From the NCBI RefSeq assembly GCF_009914755.1, contig NC_060926.1: 64,000 nt of DNA, one strand, 5' to 3'. Both the position numbers and the translations under genes were made by a program. Of this stretch, positions 15,995 through 35,334 are shown one piece after another. A model generated the notes under the pieces. The model made no database searches, was not told where the DNA came from, and saw only the letters and a list, made by a program, of their open reading frames with translations. The DNA is from the human T2T-CHM13v2.0 reference genome, Homo sapiens. Position 1 is the stretch's first letter; each line of letters begins with the position of its first letter.

Positions 15995-18900
15995 TTTGCT
16001 CTCTAGATTCCTCCTTTCTGGGCAAAGCATCTCTGAAAGAAAGGCAGCAGCCCCAGTCAGGGGCTTATAGATAAAACTCCCATCTCCCTGAGACACAGCA
16101 CCTGAGGGAAGGGGCAGCTGTGGGCACAGCTTCAGCAGACTTAAACATTCCTGCCTGCCAGCTCTGAAGAGAGCAGTGGCTCTCCCAGCACAGCACTTGA
16201 GCTCTGCTAAGGGACAGACTGCCTCCTCAAGTGGGTCCCTGACCCCCATGCCTCCTGACTGGGAGACACCTCTCAATAGGGGTTGACAGACACCTCATAC
16301 TGGAGAGCTCCAGCTGGCATCTAGCAGGTGTCCTTCTGGAACAAAGCTTGTAGAGAAAGGAACAGGCAGCAATCATTGCTGTTCTGCAGCCCCCACTAGG
16401 GTTACTCAGGCAAGCAGGGTCTAGAGTGGACTTCCAGCAAACTCCAGCAGACCTGCAGCAGAGGGCCCTGACTGTTAGAAGGAAAACTTACAAACAGAAA
16501 GGCATAGCATCAACATCCACAAAAAGGATGTCCACACAGAAACCCCATTCGAAGGTCACCTACATCAAAGACCAAAGGTAGATAAATCCATGAAAATGAG
16601 TAAAAACCATCGCAAACAGGCTGAAAATTCCAAAAAACTGAATGACTCTTCTCCTCCAAAGGATCACAACTCATCACCAGCAAGGGAACAAAACTGGACA
16701 GAGAATTGAGTTTGACGAATTGACAGAAGAAGGCTTCAGAAGGTGGGTAATAACAAACTCCCCCAAGCTAAAGTAGCATGTTCTAACCCAATGCAAAAAT
16801 AGCTAAGAACCTTGAAAAAAGGTTAGATGAATTGCTAACTAGAATAACCAGTTTGGAGAAGAACATAAATGACCTGATGGAGCTGAAAAACACAGCATGA
16901 GAACTTCGTGAGGCATATAAAAGTATCAATAGTCAAGTTGGTCAGTGGAGGAAAGGAGATCAGAGACTGAAGAGCAACTTAATGAAATAAAGCTTGAAGA
17001 CAAGATTAGAGAAAAAAGAATGAAAAGGAATGAACAAAGCCTCCAAGATATATGGGACTATATGAAAAGACCAAACAAACCTATGTTTGATTGGTGTACC
17101 TGAAAGTGACAGAGAGAATGGAAGCAAGTTGGAAAACACTCTTCAGGTTATTATCCAGGAGAACTTCCCCAACCTAGCAAGACAGGCCAACCTTCAAATT
17201 CAGGAAATACAGAGAACACCACAAAGATACTCCTCAAGAAGAGCAACCCCAAGATACATAATCGTCAGATTCACCAAGGTTGAAATAAAGGAAAAAATGT
17301 TAAGGGCAACCAGAAAAAAAGGTCGGGTTACCCTGTAGGAGGCCCATCAGACTAACAGCAGATCACTCTGCAGAAACTCCATAAGCCAGAAGAGAGTGGG
17401 GGGCAATATTCAACATTCTGAAAGAAAATAATTTTCAATCCAGAATTTCATATCCAGCCAAACTAAGCTTCATAAGCAAAGGAGAAATAAAATCCTTTAC
17501 AGACAAGCAAATGCTGAAAGATTTTCTCACCACCAGGCCTGCCTTACAAGAGCTCCCAAAGGAAGCACTAAATATGGAAAGGAACAACCAGTACCAGCCA
17601 CTGCAAAAACATAGCAAATTGTAAAGACCATCAACACTATGAAAAAACTGCATCAACTAATGGGCAAAATAACCAGCTAACATCATAATGTCGGGATCAA
17701 ATTCACACATAACAATATTAACCTTAAATGTAAACAGGCTAAATGCCCCAATAAAAAGACACAGACTGGCAAATTGGGTAAAGAGTCAAGACCCACTGGT
17801 GTGCTGTATTCAGGAGACCCATTTCACATGCAAAGACACACATAGGCTCAAAATAAAGGGATGGAGGAATATTTATCAAACAAATGGAAAGCAAAAAAAG
17901 CAGGAGTTGCAATTCTAGTCTCTAATAAAACAGACTTTAAACCAACAAAGATCAAAAGAGACAAAGACGGGCATTACATAATGGTAAAGGGATCAATGCA
18001 ACAAGAAGAGCTAACTATCCTAAATATATATGCACCCAATACAGGAGCACCCAGATTCATAAAGAAAGTTGTTAGACACCTACAAAGAGACTTAGACTCC
18101 CACACAGTAATAGTGGGGGACTTTAACACCCCACTGTCAATATTAGATCGAAGACACCAAAAATTAACACAGATATTCAGGACTTCAACTCAGCTCTGGA
18201 CCAAGTGGACCTAATAGATATCTGCAGAACTCTCCACCCAAATCAATAGAATGTACATTCTTCTCAGCACCACATCGCACTTATTCTAAAGTTGACCACA
18301 TAATTGGAAGTAAAACACTCCTCAGAAAATGCAAAAGAACAGAAATCATAACAAACAGTCTCTCAGACCATAGTGCAATCAAATTAGAACTCAGGATTAA
18401 GAAACTCACTCAAAACCACACAACTACATGGAAACTGAACAACCTGCCCCTGAATGACTACTGGGTAAATAACAAAATTAAGGCAGAAATAAATAAGTTG
18501 TTTGAAACCAAGGAGAACAAACACACAATGTACCAGAATCTCTGTGAGACAGCTAAAGCAGAGTTAAGAGGAAAATTTATAGCACTAACTGCCCACAAGA
18601 GAAAGCAGAAAAGATCTAAAATTGACACCCTAACATCACAATTAAAAAAACTAGAAAAGCAAGAGCAAACAAATTCAAAAGCTAGCAGAAGACAAGAAAT
18701 AATTAAGATCAGAGCAGAACTGAAGGAGAAAGAGACATGAAAAACCCTTCAAAAAAAGCAATGAATCCAGGAACAGGTTTTTTGAAAACATTAACAAAGT
18801 AGATAGACCACTAGCCAGACTAATAAAGAAGAAAAGAGAGAAGAATAAAATAGACACAATAAAAAATGATAAAGGGGGTATCCCCACTGATCTCACAGAA

Positions 18901-19431
18901 ATACAAACTACCATCAGAGAATACTATAAACACCTCTACACAAATAAACTAGAAAATCTAGAAGAAATGGATAAATTCCTGGACACATACATCCTCCCAA
19001 GACTAAAACAGGAAGAAATTGAATCCCTGAATAGACCAATAATAAGTTCTGAAATTGAGGCAGTAATTAATAGCTTACCAACCAAAAAAAGCCCAGGATG
19101 AGACAGATTCACAGCCAAATTCTACCAGAGGTACAAAGGGGGGCTGGTACCATTCCTTCTGAAACTATTCCAAATTATAGAAAAAGAGGGACTCCTCCCT
19201 AACTCATTTTATGAGGCTGGAATTATTCTGATACCACAACCTGGCAGAGACACGCACACACAAAAGTTTCACACCAATATCCCTGATGAACATCAATGCA
19301 AAAATCCTCAATAAAATACTGGCAAACCAAATCCAGCAGCACATCAAAAAGCTTATCCACCACTATCAAGTTGGTTTCATCCCTGGGATGCAAGGCTGGT
19401 TCAACATAGGCATATCAATAAACATAATCCA
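15995..19431 (+). mobile_element. L1PA7-like 5' part (truncated 5'UTR, ORF1, first part of ORF2), disrupted
   Basis: PA7-type 5'UTR ctctagattcctcc...gaaagaaaggcagcagcccc; ORF fragments 17087, 17688, 17861 and 18498 are L1 ORF1p/endonuclease; left TSD gaaatgcattct 15983-15994. Confidence 0.93.
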
Positions 19432-19437
19432 ATTTTG

Positions 19438-23520
<4,083 letters not shown>

Positions 23521-25605
23521 CTCACCACTCCTATTCAACATAGTATTGGAAGTTCTGGCCAGGGCTATCAGGCAAGAGAATGAAAGAAAGGGTATTCAAA
23601 TAGGAAAGAGGAAGTTGAATTGTCTCTGTTTGCAGATGACATGATGGCATATTTGGAAAACCCCATTGTCCCAGCCCAAAATCTCCTTAAGCAGAAAAGC
23701 AACTTCAGCAAAGTCTCGGGATACAAAATCAATGTGCAAAAATCACAAGCATTCCTATACACCAATAACAGACAAACCGAGAGCCAAATCATGAGTGAAC
23801 TGCCATTCACAATTGCTACAAAGATAATAAAATACCTAGGAATACAACTTACAAGAGATATGAAGCACCTTTTCAAGGAGAACTACAAACCACTGCTCAA
23901 GGAAATAAGAGAGGACATAAACAAATGAAAAAACATTCTACCTTCATGGATAGCAAGAATCAGTATCATGAAAATGGTCATACTGCCCAAAGCAATTTAT
24001 AGATTCAATGCTATCCCCATCAATCTACCATTGACTTTCTTCACAGATTTAGAAAAAACTACTTTAAATTTCATATGGAACCAAAAAAGAGCCTGTATAG
24101 CCAAGAGAATCCTAAGCAAAAAGAACAAAGTTGGAGACATCACGCTACCTCACTTCAAACTATACTACAAGGCTACAGTAACCAATACAGCATGGTACTG
24201 GTACCAAAACAGATATATAGACCAATGGAACAGAACAGAGGCCTCAGAAATAATGCCACACATCTACAACCATTTGATCTTTGACAAACCTGACAAAAAC
24301 AAGGTACGGGAAAAGGATTCCCTATTTAATAAATGGAGTTGGGAAAACTGGCTAGCCATATGCAGAAAACTGAAACTGGACCCCTTCCTAACAGCTTACA
24401 CAAAAATTAACTCAAGATGGATTAAATACTTAAATGTAAGACCTAAAACCATAAAAACCCTAGAAGAAAACCTAGGCAGTATCATTCAGGACATAGGCAT
24501 GAGCAAAGACCTCATGACTAAAATACCAAAAGCAATGGCAACAAAAGCCAAAAACTGACAAATGGTATCTAATTAAACTAAGGAGCTTCTGCACAGCAAA
24601 AGAAACTATCATCAGAGTAAAGAGGCAACCTACAGAATGGGAGAAGTTTTTTCGCAATCTATCCATCTAACAAAGGGCTAATATTCAGAATCTACGAAGA
24701 ACTTAAACAAATTTATAAGAAAAAAAAATCAACCCCATCAAAAAGTAGGCGAAGGATATGAACAGACACTCCTTGAAAGAAGACATTTATGTGGCCAACA
24801 AACATATGAAAAAAAGCTCATCGTCACTGGTCATTAGAGAAATGCAAATCAAAACCACAATGAGATGCCATCTCATGCCAGTTAGAATGGTGATCATTAA
24901 AAAGTCAGGATACAACAGATTCTGGAGAGGATGTGGAGAAATAGGAACGCTTTTACACTGTTGGTGGGAGTGTAAATTAGTTCAACCATTGTGGAAGACA
25001 GTGTGGCCATTTCTCAAGGATCTAGAACCAGAAATACCATTTGACCCAGCAATCCCATTACTGGGTAATAAATCATTCTACTATAATCAAAGGATTATAA
25101 ATCATTCTACTATAAAGACACATGCACATGTATGTTTATTGCAGCACTGTTCACAATAGCAAAGACTTGGAACCAACCCAAATGCCCGTCAATGACAGAA
25201 TGGATAAAAAAAAAATGTGGCACATATACACCATAGGATACTATGCAGCCATAAAAAAGGATGAGTTCATGTACTTTGCAGGGACATGGATGAAGCTGGA
25301 AATCATCATTCTCAGCAAACTAACACAGGAAAAGAAAACCAAACACCACATGTTCTCACTCATAAGTGAGAGTTGAACAATGAGAACACTTGGACACAGG
25401 GAGGGGAACATCACATACCGGGGCCTGTCAGTGGGTTGGGGGCTCGGGGAGGGATAGCATTAGGAGAAATACCTAATGTAGATGACGGGTTGATGGGTGC
25501 AGCAAACCACCATGGCACATGTGTACCTATGTAACAAACATGCACATTCTGCACATGTATCCCAAAACTTAAAGTACAATTTAAAAAGAAAAAGAAAGAA
25601 AGAAA
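23521..25605 (+). mobile_element. L1PA7-like 3' part (RT C-terminal region, Cys-rich domain, 3'UTR, A/GAAA tail)
   Basis: PA7 diagnostics atagtattgg and ggagaaatacctaatgtagatgacgggttgatgggtgcagcaaaccaccatgg; right TSD gaaatgcattct 25606-25617 matches 15983-15994. Confidence 0.9.
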
Positions 25606-26042
25606 GAAATGCATTCTCTCAGGGAGAGTAGCTTGCTATGTCTAAGAATTGGCCAGTTTTGAGACAGGCAGTTTCTCCCCAGTCAGCAAGGCCCCTGATG
25701 CCAGAGCATCAAGAAAACACAAAATAAGAAAATATTAACACAGAGATTCAGACAAACTGGAATTGAGAAACATTTTTAAAAATACTCAAATTGTTAAAAT
25801 TATGAAGGTCACAGGAATATGTAGAAACTGTTCCAGATTGAAGGGAAAGAAAAGAACTGACAATTAAATGCAATCTATGAAGTAGATCCTTTTTATAAAG
25901 GACATTACTGGAAAAAATTGATGACATCTGAATGGGGTGTGAGTATTATATGGTAGCACGGTATCAGTTTCTGATTTTTATGGTTGTATTATGCTTATAC
26001 AGAAGAATACCCTTGTTTTCAGGAGATTAAATTGTTTATGGG

Positions 26043-26338
26043 GGCTGGGCACGGTGGCTCACGCCTGTAATCCCAACACTTTGGGAGGCCGAGGTGGGTG
26101 GATCACCTGAGGTCAGGATTTTGAGACCAGCCTGGCCAACATGGCAAAACCCCGTTTCTACTAAAATTACAAAAATAAACTGGGCATGGTGGCTCATGCT
26201 TGTAGTACCAGCTACTCAGGAGGCTGAGGAAAGAATCTCTTGAACCCGGGAGGCAGCATTTGCAGTGAGCCAAAATTGCACCACTGCATTCCAGCCTGGG
26301 TGACAAAGTGAGATTCCGTCTCAAAAAATTAAAAAAAC
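26043..26338 (+). mobile_element. AluS (Sx-like)
   Basis: ggctgggcacggtggctcacgcctgtaatccc... dimer with A tail. Confidence 0.96.
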
Positions 26339-26504
<166 letters not shown>

Positions 26505-27559
26505 GTCCCAGGGGATTTTTTTGTAATGTGCTTGCAACTCTTCTGCAAGTGTTAAAAATTTTCAAAAGAAAATATAAAACAGTAAAGAAATATTAAATCA
26601 GTATATAAATTTAGTAAATATTCTTATAACTCATATCTTGAACCTTGAGTTTTTATTTTTTACCACTGCTTCACACATATTATCACATTTGTTTTATAGC
26701 ATGACTACAGGTGCTTCAGTTTCCAGTGTGCAATGACAGGGAAACAAGTTAAGGAGTGTGGATGGGTGGATCTCAGCCAAGTAGAAATGCTAACCAAGAC
26801 TCAGGCTGCTCAGGATAAACACCTCAAAAGTTAGTAGCCTAAAATAGGATAAACCACTTCATTCCACCCAAAAGTAGGCAAAAGAAAAGGACAAAGTGAG
26901 AAGCAGGTGTAAACTTCAAGGAAGTTTAGGAATACAGACAAGACCCCACCACTTCCTTGTCACCATGAGATTCTTCTTTTCTTATGTAGACAGAGCCAAT
27001 CTCTCACCATCCCAGCCCTGTATTTCCAGAGTTGCAAATTACCTGTGACTACAGTCTGGCTATGAATTTCCCACCAATCTTCCCACTGCTTTTCGCTTAG
27101 TTGGATCATTAAGAAGTACTGGAAAAAGAATTGCCAGCAGGCTGATTTTCACTGATTCCTGAACTGAGGAAGGCCTGGCATCTCTCTGGGCTTTGATATT
27201 TGAGACAAGTCTACATTTAGATTGTTTTGCACTTGGTTTTATCTGAACAAGGTAACAAGTTCCTGTACTAGTTTTCTAGAATGCGTTTCTCTGTATCACC
27301 ATCCCTTCCTATACCTTATATGCCTGAGGATCAGCAAAAACCTTAACTCTTTCCAGAGATATTAAAATATTATAAGCCAGGCCTTCTACTCCAATGGCCT
27401 GGACTTAATTTTCAGAGCAGATGGAATTGATCAAGGTAAAGGAATTTTCTGCACAGCAATTAATATCATATATTAATTGTGACAGCATAATGCTTCCACT
27501 GTTACACATACCCACTTCCTGTAACATAGCACAACCCATATCCACTCCTGAAGACCACA

Positions 27560-27830
27560 GCATTCATTTCTTCAGCAACAATTTCCTGAGCACCTACTAC
27601 AAGCTCAGCAATATACTAAGGACTTAGGATGTACCAGTGAGCAACAACAGGAATAAATAACTGCCCACTTGGGGTCTATATCTAGCAGAAGAAACAATTA
27701 ATAATCAATGAACACAATTAACAAGCAATTATGCAGGAAGGTGATACATGCTATAGCAAAAGAAAAAAAAAAGGTCAGCCTAAGGGGAATTGGAATTACT
27801 GGGTTTGAGATGTGCAAGTTACCACTTAAA
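27560..27830 (-). mobile_element. L2 3' relic
   Basis: cattcatttcttcagcaacaatttcctgagcacctactac. Confidence 0.65.
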
Positions 27831-28259
27831 AATCAAACTAATAATAAAAGGGAGTTTTATTTTGTCAGGAAAATATAGAGACCCATAGACATATTTTCAA
27901 ATTATAATAATATATGACATTGTAAAAAGAAATATATTTTAATATAAAAGTTGGTTTGTACTCCATCCCTAGAGCCTCCCTAGGCCCAGGGAGGGAAAAA
28001 TGAAAGGAAATTAGCAAGGGCTAGAGCAAAGCAATCAGTAAAACCTTACAGAGATAGCATAAGGTTAAGGAGGCTTAGGGAATTGTAGACGAGGAAGAGA
28101 TGAGGAAGAGACGTCCTTGGAGGAGGAATTCCTTCCTGCCATCCAAGGTGAAACCAGAATTGCTTGGTATCCCAAGAGAGAAAGGACAGACTTCTTTTGC
28201 ACCATTCCCTAGAATCCACCAGCCTGCTTGATTGCCTACTAGTAAGATTTTTCTGGAAA

Positions 28260-28930
28260 AGAACCATATCATCTTTTCTTACCTTATTTGTCAAGGTGAC
28301 TAATGACCTCCAAGTCATCACATCTAATGGCCAATTCTCAGCTCCCATCTTGCCTGACTTCTCTGAAGCATTTGTGTAGGTAATCACTCCCTACCATTAA
28401 ATACCCTCTACTTACTTGACCTCTAAGTCCCTACTCATTCTCTGCTGCTCTCCAGCTTCTCTGGCCCAAATTCTTTATTGATTCCGCCACACATTCTCAG
28501 GCTCAACATGTTATAGTGACCCAGTCCTCCTCTATATCTATACTCACTCCCAAAGAAATTATGTCCAGGCTCACAGTTTTAAATATCATCTTATGATGGT
28601 AGTTGACAGGTTCATATCTTCAGCCCAGAACTTGCACTGCCACTCAACATTTGCACTTGGGTATCTAATGGATATTTTAAATGGAACTTATCTAAAACTA
28701 AACTCTTGATTTTTTCCCCCCACACACCAGTCCTCCTCCAGGCTTTCCCATCATAGTGAGCTAGATGAACTTTATTCATCTAGTTGCTTAATCTAAAAAC
28801 CTTGGAATCATCCTTGATGCGCCTTAAACATACTAAGAATACTGTCTTCTCAGGGACTTGGCCAGTGCTGACCTCTCTCCTCTCTGTGATATAGTTTATA
28901 TTCCCTAAATATTTTTGGAACTAATGAACA
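28260..28930 (+). mobile_element. L2 relic
   Basis: ttgtcaaggtgactaatgacctcc...tgacttctctgaagcatttg; aaaccttggaatcatccttga. Confidence 0.75.
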
Positions 28931-29126
28931 AAAGAAATGTGATTATATCACATAGATATAAGATGTTTACAGAGTCAGGCTATGTTTCTTTACTGAGATC
29001 AACATGGTCCCAGTATGTTGCTATCTAGAAGCTAAACTACTTGAGATTTGTGGGGGATTGAAAGCAAAACCATAAATAAAGCTTAAAGAAAGTTGGTGAG
29101 CCTTGGGAAAGCTTCTGACTGTAGAT

Positions 29127-29296
29127 CTGTGCTGTCCAATATGGTAGCCTTTACCAATTTAATTGAAATTAAATAAAAAATTTAAAATTCAGTTTCTCAG
29201 TTACACTCGACACATTTCAAGTGCTCAATAATCACAGGTATCTAGGACTACTGTTTGGACATTTTCATCACTGGAAAGTTCCACTGGTCAGCACTG
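29127..29296 (+). mobile_element. MER3-like hAT-Charlie MITE (internally deleted)
   Basis: ctgtgctgtccaatatggtagcc...cacatttcaagtgctcaata...cagcactg; 8-bp TSD ctgtagat/ctatagat. Confidence 0.85.
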
Positions 29297-30341
29297 CTAT
29301 AGATTAACACAATTTTACCATATCTAAAGTTTACAATAACTTACCTCTTTTCCTTCCTTGCAATTTGCAAACTGTTAAAAAGTCTACTGTTTAGATATTT
29401 CATGGTTTTATTTCTTAGCTCTCACTACCTTTCAAGGAATCCACTTTTATAAGAGTGTGTATCTGTACACAGAAACACACACACGAGTTTTTATTTTGCT
29501 CACTTCAATCTGCTACTACCACATATGCTATACAATTTTACTGTTTCACATCAGTAAAACAGTAAAATCAGATGCCTCCTATATTAAGAGCCTTATGTTG
29601 GCATTATGAAAAAAAGAGTATACAAATAACAATTGAATGTATATAAATGAATAAAAAAACAAAAAGGAAAACATCAAATATGAGGATTTTTTCTTTTCCT
29701 GGCCATCAGTACCTTCAAATACTTTCAGTCTATAATTATATCCTCTTCACTTCCCACAGCCCCACCCCCGATCAATGTTTGGCCAATTTTCACCAGGTCT
29801 CTCTTCCAAGCTTTCATTGTAAATAAACTTTTTATTCATAAGGCTATGGTAGTGAATTCACATAATTTGTCAAGTTCTTTTTACAATCTCCTAATTACTC
29901 TGACGAACATAAAAGTATTTTTATACTGTGGAAATGTACATGCAAAGTTTGTATATTTTGGAACATAGCCCAGTTAAACTGTAGTAACATAACCCACATA
30001 ACCCATTAATGTATAGTTGTTTACATATATTTTAGGCAATTAAGAGTGTCTTTCAGGTTTAACGAGTACTACAAAAGCAACTGAGACTTTGCAGCGTACA
30101 CTCTATGGACTGATGGTTGCTTTTGATATTGAACCTGAGGAGCATAGCATTTTAAGAAAGATAAGAAAGATAAAGGGCTCTATTTTTGCTAAAGGCAAAT
30201 GAAATCTACATATTTCTGTGAGGTTGTGACAGGATGATTTAAATTATTATACTGCTTTATGTTTAATGCATACTTATATGTACATTTTTACATTTAGCAT
30301 AACTTCATTTTAATTAAGGACCCAGCTCAACAGTACCATAA

Positions 30342-30688
<347 letters not shown>

Positions 30689-31879
30689 AGTCTACTTTCA
30701 AGAAAAGCCAAACAATATAAAAACAAGCATAAAAAACAAAACTTTAGAAAATTTAGAGGCTATGTGGGAAAACCATTGATTATATTCATTCATTATTTGA
30801 CAAATAAAAAAATTTTAGAATAAAAACATAGGGTGAGAAGGGCTACACACAAAGGAAGCTTAGTCTTATCTAGGATATCAGACAAGGCACCGCCCCAGAA
30901 AGTAAGTTTTCAGCTGAGTTCTATAGGATGAGTGGGAGCAATTCAGAGAAGGAGGAAGAAGGAAGCAGAATGAGTAGGTGCAGGAGATAGATATTATTCC
31001 CACAATCTTCCATTCTCTAAAAAAAAAAGATGTATTATAAACATAAAATATATGGTTCCATTAATTAAAATAATATTGTAACACTTAAAATCTTCAAATA
31101 ATCTTGGATGTGTGAGACACATGAGAATAAACTAACCACTCCAAAAATCGGGGGAAATTATTTCAAAAGGAAGAAATGTTTTGATGGCCCTTTGAAAATG
31201 GTACTAATCACCTGGAGAATTTTCTTCTTTACTCTTGGTCACTTTTCTCACCCAAAGACTAAATCATCCCCAAATGACAAGAAAAAGAATAGGATAAAAC
31301 TACTATCTTCACCCAAGGAAAATGTTTCCAGTGACTTCTAATATTTATAGCCTCTGGCTTAATGAACACAATTCTAAAACTCTGGGAAGAATTGAGAGAC
31401 ATTTCTATATACCATCAAAAGTAAACAGCAGCTAGGAATTCTAGAATTTTAGTGTGATTTCAGTTGCTTTTATATGGTTCAGGCCACTATACAAAAGGAT
31501 TCTAGACCATCCAAAAGCCTTTTGAATTGCTGTCTGTTCTGAATGACATCTATATATGTGTCTCTATAATGCACAATGTTAAGGTACAACCTACATTAAC
31601 AAATGTGAATCTGATTTTTTGGCCCAAGGAAGAAGACCTTAATTATTAGAAAATAAATCATTAAAATTTTGCCACATTATAACACTTACAATCATTATAA
31701 CTATAAAATTAGCAAAAACATAAAGTGAAATGTAATTTAAAAATATTCAGCCCCTTGTTGTTAATATAAATTAACAAACAATAAATGTATAAATATGAAC
31801 ACGCTTACAATTTAATGATAAATAAAAATAAACACAATCAATCTAATACAACCAAATCATTTTAACAAAACACTGGCTA

Positions 31880-32075
31880 TGGATTGAGAGAGAATTGGCT
31901 TTGAATCTCTGCTACACCTATCTCTGGAATGTTGGGCAAGTTTCCTGAACTCTTTGGATTTTTGTTACTTAATCTGTAATATGAAGGAAATAATCTCTAA
32001 CCTGTAAGATTTTCTTTTAGTATTAGACAATAAATTACATAAAGCACCTGTACAACTTTGGGCAATAAACATTAA
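31880..32075 (+). mobile_element. MIR relic
   Basis: ggctttgaatct...ttgggcaagtttcctgaactct...atctgtaatatgaagg. Confidence 0.6.
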
Positions 32076-33054
32076 TTCTTTTTCCTCTCCCTTTCCCTAA
32101 AATGTTAGGTAGAATTCATTTAATGAAAGCAAAATCTACTACTGAGATGGTGAAATTAACATATTTCTAAGAACCACATTATAAAAATGCTTAATCCCTT
32201 CCCAATTGAATTAATCCCAATTATTAATTTTAAAATCTTATTATTTCATGAAACCTTATCCTTCATTGACTCTGTTCAAACCAACATTTATTAGGAGACA
32301 GTTGATAAATTGAAGGAGTACTTGACATTTTTGTGAGCATTCAAATTTTATTTTTTTTTTCAATTCAGCATATGAAGGATGATGAGTTTTCTAACACCAA
32401 ATTTTAGGATTAAAACAACAGAGTCATTATATTTTCCTCAAATATTTTCACAGAGATATAACTTTAAATATACTTACATTTAGCTACACAGAAACCCCTT
32501 TTCTACACACATAGGCTTAGTTGGATTCTGGAACTTCAAAAGTACACTTTGCTGTAATCACCATTGCCTTCTATTGGTGGCTGTTATTTGTGTCAGGGTT
32601 ACCTGAGGCTACAGCTTTACTGGTATTCACCAAAAGTTTAATAGTTGAAAATCTGTAGAGGATTACTATGTATACCACCAAAGAGTATCATGATAATCTA
32701 CTAAAAAAATACTTGTAAAGATTTGTGACTTTGTTGGAAGTCACAAATATTTTATTTGTTTTTTACCTCATTTAGATCTAACTAAGATCCCTCACACCTA
32801 TAGGGTGATTTTAATATAAAAGTGAACCCATAAAATTACTGATATTTATAAACTTTATGATAATTTCATAGAAGATAAGAAACTTGAGTTTAAATCATAA
32901 GGAGATGAGAAAAATAATTTTTATTTAAGTGTTTTTTCTTATAAACCTAAAATAAAAATAAACATTTGCATATTAGAGATCATGAAATATTAGCTGCAGT
33001 CCAAAAGATCTATTGACTTCCAAAGATTGTTATTTATTATATCCCTTATATGAC

Positions 33055-33480
33055 TGCTATAATTTGGTTTGTTTGACCTCTCCAAATCTCATGTTTAAAT
33101 TTGATCTCCAATGTTAGGGATAGGGCCTAGGGGGAGGTGTTTGGGTCATGGGGTTGAATTCCTCATGAATAGATTTATGCCCTCCCTCAGGTGGAGTTGG
33201 GGAGGAAGAGTGAGTCCTTGCTCTGTTAGTTTCCGTGAAAGCTGGTTGTGACCTGGCACCTCCCACCCTGCCTCTCTTGCTTCTGCTCTGACCATATGAT
33301 CTCTGCACGCAGCAGCTTCCCTTCATCTTCTGCCATGAGCCTGAAGCTTTCGCCAGAAGCAGATGCTGGCATCATGCTTCTTGTACATCCTGCAGAACCA
33401 AGAGCCAAATAAACCTCTTTTCTTTATAAATTACCCAGTCTCAGGCATTCCTTTATAGCAATACTAAATGGACTAAGACA
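33055..33480 (+). mobile_element. MSTB-like MaLR solo LTR, followed by a minus-strand MIR to ~33620
   Basis: tgctataatttgg...ccagaagcagatgctggcatcatgcttcttgtaca...ataaattacccagtctcagg...ggactaagaca. Confidence 0.9.
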
Positions 33481-33960
33481 GTATCCTCATTTTACAGATA
33501 AAGAAACTGAAACTCAAGGAGTTTAAGAAATTTGTGTGAGATCACACAGCTAGTAACAGATGAAATCAAGTATAAATTCAGATTTTTCTAATTCCATAAT
33601 CCAAGCTTTTTCTGCCTCCAAGATAAGGACCAGAGTCATAATTTTTCAGTGTTTTGGTAAATAAGATCTTAAGTTATGGCCACAAAATCATAACTATGAA
33701 AGAATTAAGTATACTGTGGCATCATAGGAAAATTCTATATTGTAGTGAAATGAAAAGTAGACTCTGAACCCAGAAACTGGTTCTAATAAACAATGTACGA
33801 GGTCATGAAATTATTGTCATATTTATTATTGACTGTGTAAATTTCAGCAAGGCAATTAACTTGAGAAGAAAACTTAATAATGGCAATCTAGTCCCATCTA
33901 TCTAAGTGTTAAGTTCTATCACATACAAGTGATTTCCTAGATATATTTTCACAGATTTAA

Positions 33961-34101
33961 CTTTTTTATTTTATTTTTTTAATTAGAGACAGCATTTCAC
34001 CATGTTGGGCAGGCTGGTCTCGAACTCCTGGGCCCGAGTGATTCTCCCACCTCAGCCTCCCAAAATGCTGGGACTCAAGGCATGAGCCACTTCACCCGGC
34101 C
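33961..34101 (-). mobile_element. Alu monomer (FLAM_C-like)
   Basis: Single left-arm-type monomer with T-rich tail; flanking direct repeat tttaacttttt. Confidence 0.85.
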
Positions 34102-34339
34102 AATTTTAACTTTTTAATGTCAAAAAATTATACAAACAATATATGCTAAATGGACCTATGGATAACAATTATACAAACAATATATGCTAAATGTATATAT
34201 GGATAAAAATAAATAATAAAGAAGTTATAAAGTAAAAACTTAGATTTCTTCTCTCCGAATACATAGTCCTACCCATCAAGAAAACAGTAAAGTGTTTAAT
34301 GTGTGTGTCCAGAAAAGTTCAATTTGCCATGGTATGTTT

Positions 34340-35330
34340 AGAAAGCTTTTATTGAACTATATGAGAATATATTAAGTACACAATTAGTAAATAGATTGCT
34401 GATGAATTATAAATTGAACACACCCATGTAATTATCACTAAGATTCAGAAATTAAATATTATAAGCTTATAATAGCACTGGGAAGGGCTTTTTAAAATAA
34501 GCCCTTTTCCTGCCCTCTCCGAATCACCACTCTCTCCTTCCTTCCCAGAGATATAACTCTTATCCTGAATCCTAAAACTATAAATTAGTTTGCTTGGATA
34601 AGTAGGATTGTACCAACTGTCTTCTTCTGTGTCAAACTGCTTACTCTCAACATAATGTTTGCAAAATTTATCCATGATAGAAGGTGTTTGTTTTCTTACT
34701 TTATTACCATGAGACTTCTAATAACAGGAACATAGCAGTGACATGCATATAGAATATAATATTCTAATATATAAAAATCACAGTTGATCCATTCTACTGT
34801 TGAAAGATATTTCAGTTGTTTCCAGTTTGGGGCTATTGTGAATAATGCTGCAATAAACATTTTGTACAAATGTTTCCCTGAACATATGTTTGAATTACTA
34901 TTAGGTATTCATATAGGGGTGTAATTGTTAGGTTATATTTGTTATGCTCAACTTTAATAAATAGTGCCAGTTTTTCAAATGTTGTCTCCCCTCAGCTATG
35001 AATGTGAAAGTTCCAGTTGCTTTACTCCCTTACAGTATTATCATGGTTGTTTTTTTAAAAATTGGCCCATTTGAGTGGGTTTATAGTGGTATTTCATTGT
35101 GATTTTTATGTTTACTTCCCTAATGACTAATTTCTTAATGTTTATTGACTCTTTGTGTATCTTCTTGGGAAATACCAGTTCATGTATTTTGCCCATTAAA
35201 AAAATGTGTTGTCTGTCGTTTTGTTATTGTTTTGCAGGATTGTGTATACATTTTTATTGTTACATGTAAGAAATGATGTGGCTTTTCTTATTGTTCTTTT
35301 AATGGTGTCTTTTGATGATCAGAAATTTCT
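34340..35330 (-). mobile_element. Old L1M (MC/MD/ME) 3' region
   Basis: ttgtttccagtttggggctattgtgaataatgctgcaataaacat; gtggtatttcattgtgatttt. Confidence 0.75.
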
Positions 35331-35334
35331 CCAT

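Noticed and set aside
23595-23620. Frameshift at the same ORF2 position as 52115-52135, as further proof of shared ancestry
   Set aside because: It lies past the inferred switch to PA7 sequence and the local bases differ (taggaaagagg vs ttagaaaagagg); an independent slip in a purine run is plausible.
34126-34206. ~40-bp two-copy tandem repeat (aattatacaaacaatatatgctaaatg)
   Set aside because: An ordinary local duplication; two copies only, with no CRISPR-like repeat-spacer structure.
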